64,000 bases of DNA, taken from NCBI GenBank assembly GCA_965228775.1, contig OZ245840.1, positions 773,326 to 837,325 on the forward strand. The letters run 5' to 3'. The notes beneath the pieces are model-generated. The model saw only the letters and a program-made list of their open reading frames with translations. It was not told the DNA's origin and did not search any database. The DNA is from Alphaproteobacteria bacterium. Its GTDB lineage: Bacteria; Pseudomonadota; Alphaproteobacteria; JANQMY01. The first letter of the stretch is position 1. Each line of letters begins with the position of its first letter. The translations under genes were made by a program, and so were the position numbers. Shown here piece by piece: positions 58,070-64,000 of the stretch.

Positions 58070-59828
58070 GAGAGGACTTGTTTTGCGTACCCTTAGAAAA
58101 CAGAACAAATCGGCCGAAAACAATGTATCGGACATTCTTTATGGTCTAAGGCCTCACCTTGTCATCGCGTTTTGCATCGGCTTCTTCACGAACCTTCTCC
58201 TCTTGGTCGTGCCAATATACATGTTGCAGGTTTACGATCGTGTGTTGAGAAATGAAAGTTTCGAGACACTCACCTACCTTACCCTTATCGCGGTCATATC
58301 TGTCGTCTTTATCGGCATATTGGATATTTCGAAATCACTGCTGATCAACAAAGCGATCAGCGCGACGTCCCGGCGGTTGAGGCGGTACCTCACTGGCCGA
58401 TCTGTTGAAAAGAGGCCGGAAGAAAAGAAACTTCTGAAAGAAGCAAACTTACATGCTTCAAGACTGCACGCCTCACTTTCGGGACAAAGCCTTTTAACCC
58501 TACTGGATGCTTTTTGGGCCCCCCTTTTCGTTTTCGCGATTTGGTTGCTCCATCCTCACCTCGCATTTTTCGCCGTTGTCATCATTGCGATATTGGTTGG
58601 TCTTTCGTTCGCACAAAATGTTGTAACCGCAGAGCAGATGCGGAAACTCAATAGAAAACAACAAGAGGCAGAGCGGTATCGGTTCGCGGTTGCTCAGGAA
58701 AGTGACATCACCGAAACACTCGGTATCAGCCACCCCCTCAATCAACTGTGGGATAGATCAGATCGAAACGCGACACATCTAAATCAGGTAATCTCGCACC
58801 GATCACAGGTGGTCGCGAGCCTATCGAAAGCAATCCGCATGGCCGCCCAAATCGGCGTCGTTTGTTTGGGGGCAACCTTGGTGTTGATCAACGAATTGTC
58901 GGCAGGCGGGATAATCGCAGGGTCTATTTTATTAGCTCGTGCATTGCTCCCTTTCGAGCAGTTAATCGGTGCGTGGCAAACAACAGCAACCGCATACGCG
59001 TCATTGCAGTCTCTTTTGACGGTGGGCTCGAAACTCGGTGTTTCGCATCACATAGATGAGTTTCCAAAACCAGAGGGGCGCATCACCGTCAAAGGCGTCA
59101 CCTATCGGCCGGTGGCTCAGAGATCCTCCATACTGCAAGGCATTCAGTTTACCATGCAACCCGGTAAATGCGTCGGTATTATTGGCCCCGCAGGGAGTGG
59201 CAAGACCGCGATTGCGCGCTTAATGCTGGGCTTGGAACAGCCAACAACCGGCGAAATAGTATTGGATGATGTCTCCCTTTCCAATTGGCACAAACCCGCA
59301 TTAGGCAAATACATTGGATATCAGAGCCAGAGGCTAGAGTTTGCGCCAGGGTCAATCGCGGAGAACATTTCGCGCTTTTCTGATGCACCGCTGGAAACAG
59401 TCATCGAAATCGCAAAAAGTGTCGGCGCACATGCGGCGATTGCTCAGCTTCCGGAAGGATATGACACGCTTTTAGACGACGATACACACGCATTGTCGGC
59501 GGGGCTGAAACAACAGATAAGTCTGGCACGGGCATTCTTCGGAAACCCATCCCTGATCGTCCTTGACGAACCAACCAACAATTTGGATGGCGCTGCCGAA
59601 ACGTTCCTCACACATGCAATTGCAGACGCAAAGCAGAGGGGGGCGGCGGTCGCCATTTTCACCCACCGGCGAAACGCTTTAGCCTCGGCCGACAACTTAT
59701 TGGTCCTTCAGCAGGGCCGCCTCATAGATCAAGGTCCACCAGAAGACGTGTTGAAACGACTGCCGGCCAATCAAAATCTTCGACCTTTCGAGAACCAACG
59801 CAACAACCGTCTTCAATCGAGAGGGTGA
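58014..59828 (+). CDS. type I secretion system ABC ATPase/permease (PrtD/HlyB family, no C39 domain)
   Basis: The ORF-track frame opens at 57900. Likely start 58014 (ATG) or 58083 (TTG). TMD with LQVYDRVL motif, Walker A GPAGSGKT, signature LSAGLKQQISLARA, Walker B LIVLDEPT. Confidence 0.8.
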   Translation: MGHVTKTILVPTSRIRVRERGLVLRTLRKQNKSAENNVSDILYGLRPHLVIAFCIGFFTNLLLLVVPIYMLQVYDRVLRNESFETLTYLTLIAVISVVFIGILDISKSLLINKAISATSRRLRRYLTGRSVEKRPEEKKLLKEANLHASRLHASLSGQSLLTLLDAFWAPLFVFAIWLLHPHLAFFAVVIIAILVGLSFAQNVVTAEQMRKLNRKQQEAERYRFAVAQESDITETLGISHPLNQLWDRSDRNATHLNQVISHRSQVVASLSKAIRMAAQIGVVCLGATLVLINELSAGGIIAGSILLARALLPFEQLIGAWQTTATAYASLQSLLTVGSKLGVSHHIDEFPKPEGRITVKGVTYRPVAQRSSILQGIQFTMQPGKCVGIIGPAGSGKTAIARLMLGLEQPTTGEIVLDDVSLSNWHKPALGKYIGYQSQRLEFAPGSIAENISRFSDAPLETVIEIAKSVGAHAAIAQLPEGYDTLLDDDTHALSAGLKQQISLARAFFGNPSLIVLDEPTNNLDGAAETFLTHAIADAKQRGAAVAIFTHRRNALASADNLLVLQQGRLIDQGPPEDVLKRLPANQNLRPFENQRNNRLQSRG

Positions 59829-59832
59829 TCAC

Positions 59833-61191
59833 ATGAACACAGTTCAAACGGCTTCAAAAATGTCCGCGCAGAGAAAACAAGAGGATGACGACCCCACAAT
59901 CTCGACCAATATCGGTCGGGTATCGGTGCTTATCATCACATCAGCAATACTGTTCATCATGGCTTGCGTCTTATGGGCTGGTTTTGCGCAGATTTCCGGC
60001 GGTGCGGCAACGTCTGGTGTTCTGAAACATGTGGGGCAACGCACCACAATCCAGCATCTTGAAGGTGGCATTGTTCAACAAGTCATGGTCTCCAACGGAG
60101 AGATTGTTGAAGCGGGTCAGCCTCTTATGACGTTCGCAAAAGCGGAATATCGTGCGGAGCTGAGGGCAATTCTCGAGCGTCGTGTCAGTTTAGAAGCCCG
60201 TCTTGCGCGATTGCAAGCCGAACAAAAGGGCCAACAACAAATCGAATTCCCGAATTGGACCTCGAAAGAAACACCCAGCCACCAACGAGCCATCCGAGAT
60301 CAGTTGATCCTCCATGCGACGCGCATTGCCGCACGGGACAATCGTCGGAACATTCTCAAAAAACAAAACGATCAGTTATCTGCGGAGCTGTCCGGCATGA
60401 TGGCGCAATATGTGAGTCAGAAAAACGAACTCCGCTACCTCAAGGAGGACATCTCCAGCATTGACACCCTGGTCAAACAGGGGCACGCGCGTTTAAGCCA
60501 ATTGAGAAACCTTAAGAGACAACAAGTTGTGTTGGAGGGAGAAAGCGCTCAAAGCAAGGCGTCAATCGCGCGTATCCAAAAAGAGCAAAGCGAAATCGAA
60601 TTACAGCTGCTGCAGCTCGACATTGATGTCTTTGCAGAGATTGCCCGAGATATTGAGCGCACGCGATCGGAGCTCACAGAATTGCAACGGGAGATCGCGG
60701 CCTCCTCAGAAATCGTCAAACGGACAGTCGTGCTTGCGCCCGTTTCGGGTGAAATACTGGCCGAAAACCTTCCAACGGTTGGGTCCGTTATACGTTCGGC
60801 CGAGAAGCTGTTCGATATCGTTCCAACGGATCGATCGATGGTTGTTCAATCCCGCCTCTCTCCGAAAGACGTTGACGGAATTGCGCCGGGGTCTCGAACG
60901 CTTATCCGATTTGCGGGGATTAGTCAGCACGATGACTCAAACGTTCAGGGCTTGGTCCGGCGTATTTCATCAGACACGCTCATTGATCCCAATTCTGGCA
61001 TGCCCTACTACGACCTAGAAATCATTGTGGATAGTTCCGAACTTAAGCGGTTCCGTCAAAACGAAAACTCCGTGAAGAGCTTAGTTGCCGGCATGCCCGT
61101 TGACATCCTTGTTGTCAAAGAAAGCCGCACGATGCTGTCCTATCTGACAGCCCCACTGATGAAATCGAGCTGGAAAGCATTCAGGGAATAA
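59833..61191 (+). CDS. HlyD-family type I secretion periplasmic adaptor (membrane fusion protein)
   Basis: 452 aa. N-terminal TM, HLEGGIVQQVMVSNGEIVEAGQPLMTF lipoyl-like hairpin, long coiled-coil, C-terminal beta-domain. Start is 5 nt after the ABC gene stop. Confidence 0.85.
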   Translation: MNTVQTASKMSAQRKQEDDDPTISTNIGRVSVLIITSAILFIMACVLWAGFAQISGGAATSGVLKHVGQRTTIQHLEGGIVQQVMVSNGEIVEAGQPLMTFAKAEYRAELRAILERRVSLEARLARLQAEQKGQQQIEFPNWTSKETPSHQRAIRDQLILHATRIAARDNRRNILKKQNDQLSAELSGMMAQYVSQKNELRYLKEDISSIDTLVKQGHARLSQLRNLKRQQVVLEGESAQSKASIARIQKEQSEIELQLLQLDIDVFAEIARDIERTRSELTELQREIAASSEIVKRTVVLAPVSGEILAENLPTVGSVIRSAEKLFDIVPTDRSMVVQSRLSPKDVDGIAPGSRTLIRFAGISQHDDSNVQGLVRRISSDTLIDPNSGMPYYDLEIIVDSSELKRFRQNENSVKSLVAGMPVDILVVKESRTMLSYLTAPLMKSSWKAFRE

Positions 61192-61260
61192 ACTTCCCCG
61201 GCTCCATTCCACTTTTGTTGCCCTAACAAAATACGATCATCTTTGGCTCGTGTGCCCTAG

Positions 61261-61295
61261 GGCATGATCATTTTTCACAGAAACATGATCATGCC
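61261..61295. repeat. inverted repeat GGCATGATCAT-N13-ATGATCATGCC
   Basis: Shares its 11-bp arms with the 24470-24506 element. Followed at 61308-61370 by a second compound palindrome (GCCTGCCTGCGCGAAGC...GCTTCGGCGAAGGCAGGC). Confidence 0.65.
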
Positions 61296-61547
61296 TACGA
61301 TTCACCGTTGGTCGCGCCTGCCTGCGCGAAGCCGCAGCTTCGCTTCGGCGAAGGCAGGCGATCGGACGGTTAACCGCCAATGTCGGATTTTGGCACTTAA
61401 CCTGATCGCGCTCTAGGTCACAGATACTTCGTTCTCGCACGTCTTCCACTCTGCGATCAGAACAAGAAGATCACTACATTGAGCAAACTGGGACGAAGCG
61501 AATGCCCCCACACTTCTCTGACTAAGTAGAAGTAGTCAAGCTCACGA

Positions 61548-61585
61548 CAAAAAGGGGGGACGACAATGTCGTCCCCCAGGGGGTA
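61548..61585 (-). terminator. intrinsic terminator of the RTX gene
   Basis: On the minus strand, GGGGGACGA-CAUUG-UCGUCCCCC followed by UUUUUGUCG. Lies ~70 nt downstream of the RTX stop. Confidence 0.6.
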
Positions 61586-61658
61586 GCCGGAACATTATTA
61601 GGAAAGCGGTGTGTGCGACAGAGAACCGCTGAAAGTTCCAGCTAAACTGAGTACCCGC

Positions 61659-63845
61659 TTACGCCAGATATACCCACTCCGAAGACTGGGTGTCGTCGAA
61701 GACGACTGTCGCAAAGTCGTCCGCGGTCAAGCCTTCGAACAAAATGCTATCGCCGTCGGCCCCGTTAAACTCCGCAAGGGAAAGAAGCGCGCCGTCGTCC
61801 GTATCGGAGAGCGCCGCCAACAAGTCGGCTTCTTCATCAAACAGATCGTAGGAAAATGCGACCGTATCGATCCCCACTTCAAAGTCGGCAATCGTGTCAC
61901 CACCACTTCCGATATCGAAGAAGAAGGTGTCACTGGTGAGGTCGTTGATCCCATTTTGCCCGCCCCACAGCGTATCATTGCCGACACCGCCTGTGAGTTG
62001 GTCAGCACCTTTACCGCCTCTCAAGAGGTCATCGCCGATTTCACCAAAGAGAACATCAAGGCCACTGGCACCATTGAGGTAGTCGTTCCCAAGGCCACCG
62101 AAGAGGGTATCGTTCCCGGCGTGTCCGGCAATATAGTCATTGCCCCCCTGACCAGAGATCTCGTTAGCCCTGTTGTTGCCGACGATTTTGTCCGCATAGT
62201 CCGTAGCAAGAATATTCTCGATGGAAATGAGAGTGTCGGTGCCATCGCCAACCGCGGTACCGTCGGCCAGGTGAATTCGGACATTTGTCGTCCATGCGGA
62301 GTAATCTACCGTATCGATCCCAGACCCGCCATTGATGACATCATTTCCGCTGCCACCATCCATGACGTCATTACCACTGTTACCGAAAAGCGTATCGTTG
62401 CCCGACCCGCCTTTCACAGAGTCGTCGCCCGAGCCCGCTGTGAGGGTGTCTTCACCCGATCCACCGCCGAGTATATCGTCACCGCTACCGCCTTCCAGAA
62501 TGTCGTTGCCGGCCTCCCCGAATAGAGTATCGTCTCCACTGCCAGAAGTGAGCGTATCGGCACCATTGCCGCCGAACAGGTCGTCATCGCCGCTGCCGCC
62601 TAAAAGGACGTCTTGGCCCTGCCCGCCATACAGATCATCATCACCGGATCCGCCTTCGAGGCGATCATTGTTACCGCCACCTTCCAACAGATCATTGCCG
62701 GAGTTACCGAGGAGCCGATCGTCCCCATTGTCACCCCGAATGATATCGTTGCCGAGATTTCCGAAGAGGACGTCGTTACCGCTGCCGCCCCACAATTTGT
62801 CCTCGCCGCTACCGCCGTGCAGTTCATCTTCACCATTATCGCCGTGGAGCTCGTCATTGCCTTTGTGGCCCCAAAGCTCATCATTGCCGGTACCGCCCCA
62901 AAGGATGTCATTGTCGATGATTTCCAAGATCTGATTGACGGGTCCGTCCCCATCATATTCCACATCTGGAAGCCCTTGCTCGCTGCGATAATGCGCGTTT
63001 AGAACCGTAGCGTTGGACGGACCAAGGTCCACCGTAAAGACAGAGTCGTCAAAATCGCGATCGCCACCATTGTACAGATCCTCAAATCCAATGGTCAGCG
63101 TACCTGCATCAGTTTTCAGAACACCCACAGTGTGCAGAAGACCATCTGGGTTGAGGTCTGCTGTGTCGTCATAGGCGGCGGTATGATACTGATGCCGAAC
63201 GATCTCCGTCTGCGTGCCGTCCTCGGCAAAATGGATCAATTTCGGATCCTGACTTGTGAGCGTGGCGTTGGAGCCATCAGCCTCGACAAACCGAAGTTCG
63301 CCCGGGCCCAGGGCATCATAGTCATTGTAGCTAAAGCCGTTAGAGACAATGAAAAACCCGATTTGATCGCCGGACTCCACGTCCAGAAACACTCGAGATT
63401 CCCCGGCAACCAAATCACCGCCGCTTCCCTGCAACGATGCATTCTCCCAGATGATGTCAACGTCGGTGATCTCACCCGTTTCCGGATCAATTTTGTAGTA
63501 ACCAAAACTGTTCCGGTAGCCGGCCGTTTCGCCCTCGAAAACCACGCTGACGGGGTAATCATCTTCAATCGGAATACCGGTCACCTGGACAATGTTAGGG
63601 CCGCCGGATCCGTAGAGATAATCATTGCCGCTGTTGCCGTGAATCTCGTCATTTCCGCGGCCACCCCAGATTTCATCGTGACCGGTTTGGCCGGTCATAT
63701 AGTCATCTCCACCAAGGCCCGACATAACGTCCGAGTGCCGTGTTCCTTGTATTTGATCGTCTTCCGCTGTCCCGGTGACGGGATGGGTTGCAGGTAAACT
63801 TGGCATTGGTAACACTCCTTTTAGAAACCATTTGGAGTGCAGCAC
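61659..63845 (-). CDS. RTX calcium-binding repeat protein (probable T1SS substrate) with N-terminal non-RTX beta-domain
   Basis: 728 aa. More than 20 nonapeptide GGxGxDxUx repeats (GGSGNDTLFGNSGNDVMDGGSGNDVINGGSGIDTV...). N-terminal ~300 aa carries a distinct domain with NGGDRDFDDSVFTV (DUF4114-like). Acidic C-terminus consistent with a T1SS signal. No N-terminal signal peptide. Confidence 0.8.
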   Translation of the reverse strand: MLHSKWFLKGVLPMPSLPATHPVTGTAEDDQIQGTRHSDVMSGLGGDDYMTGQTGHDEIWGGRGNDEIHGNSGNDYLYGSGGPNIVQVTGIPIEDDYPVSVVFEGETAGYRNSFGYYKIDPETGEITDVDIIWENASLQGSGGDLVAGESRVFLDVESGDQIGFFIVSNGFSYNDYDALGPGELRFVEADGSNATLTSQDPKLIHFAEDGTQTEIVRHQYHTAAYDDTADLNPDGLLHTVGVLKTDAGTLTIGFEDLYNGGDRDFDDSVFTVDLGPSNATVLNAHYRSEQGLPDVEYDGDGPVNQILEIIDNDILWGGTGNDELWGHKGNDELHGDNGEDELHGGSGEDKLWGGSGNDVLFGNLGNDIIRGDNGDDRLLGNSGNDLLEGGGNNDRLEGGSGDDDLYGGQGQDVLLGGSGDDDLFGGNGADTLTSGSGDDTLFGEAGNDILEGGSGDDILGGGSGEDTLTAGSGDDSVKGGSGNDTLFGNSGNDVMDGGSGNDVINGGSGIDTVDYSAWTTNVRIHLADGTAVGDGTDTLISIENILATDYADKIVGNNRANEISGQGGNDYIAGHAGNDTLFGGLGNDYLNGASGLDVLFGEIGDDLLRGGKGADQLTGGVGNDTLWGGQNGINDLTSDTFFFDIGSGGDTIADFEVGIDTVAFSYDLFDEEADLLAALSDTDDGALLSLAEFNGADGDSILFEGLTADDFATVVFDDTQSSEWVYLA

Positions 63846-64000
63846 TCAAACACTGTGCCAGAAAGATACGACGCCGAATTTTTCAATCCGTACGGGGACT
63901 TAGATGGTTAACAAGATCTAAACGAAGTTTCTACGACCACCGGCCACTCCCCAATTGCTATTGCAGAGTTATCGAATTGCGAGCCGTTAAGTGGACGCGA

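Noticed and set aside
61611-62934. Plus-strand ORFs (61611-62525, 304 aa; 62332-62934, 200 aa) rich in Ser/Pro/Leu repeats.
   Set aside because: They are antisense or alternate frames of the RTX nonapeptide-repeat region. The repeat periodicity creates long artefactual open frames.

Overview
This looks like a high-GC alphaproteobacterial-type chromosomal segment. The first ~7 kb is ordinary housekeeping DNA: a cupin protein, metG, two small membrane proteins, two glycosyltransferases, and an intact tRNA-Thr(UGU) at 6934-7009. The 45-nt 3' end of that tRNA recurs exactly at 38610-38654 and in degenerate form at 49126-49172. I read this as two genomic islands inserted in tandem at the tRNA. Island 1 (~7.0-38.65 kb) is the accessory core. 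It carries a decayed P4-type integrase stub and a ~2830-aa tandem-repeat adhesin-like protein (about 23 cadherin/VCBS-like repeats, a YD motif at the N-terminus, and two CBM-like inserts). Divergent from the adhesin is a ~2224-aa Rhs/YD-repeat polymorphic toxin with an unclassified C-terminal toxin domain. It is followed by a small putative immunity gene and a promoter-less orphan rhs C-terminal module that duplicates ~1.2 kb of the main gene. The island also holds a complete, lower-GC type II secretion system (gspC-like, M, L, J, I, H, G, F, E on the minus strand; gspD, gspK and the prepilin peptidase on the plus strand) and an IS3 transposase remnant. Island 2 (~38.65-49.17 kb) carries a TetR regulator, an RND/MMPL exporter, a LolA-like protein and an outer-membrane protein, plus a heme uptake locus (hmuTUV-like) with an IsdG-like monooxygenase. 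Beyond the islands are an NtrC-family sigma54 response regulator and a hybrid PAS kinase with an Hpt domain, a GDP-mannose precursor cluster (dehydrogenase, ManC/AlgA-like, NUDIX, PilZ), and a type I secretion pair (ABC ATPase and HlyD adaptor) convergent with an RTX calcium-binding protein. The most interesting candidate for a new system is the Rhs toxin locus together with the T2SS and the giant adhesin, all inside the tRNA-Thr island. The Rhs protein has no PAAR/VgrG/T6SS context, its C-terminal toxin and immunity protein are unclassified, and a full T2SS sits next to it. Every functional call is made from sequence motifs read by eye; no database search was run.
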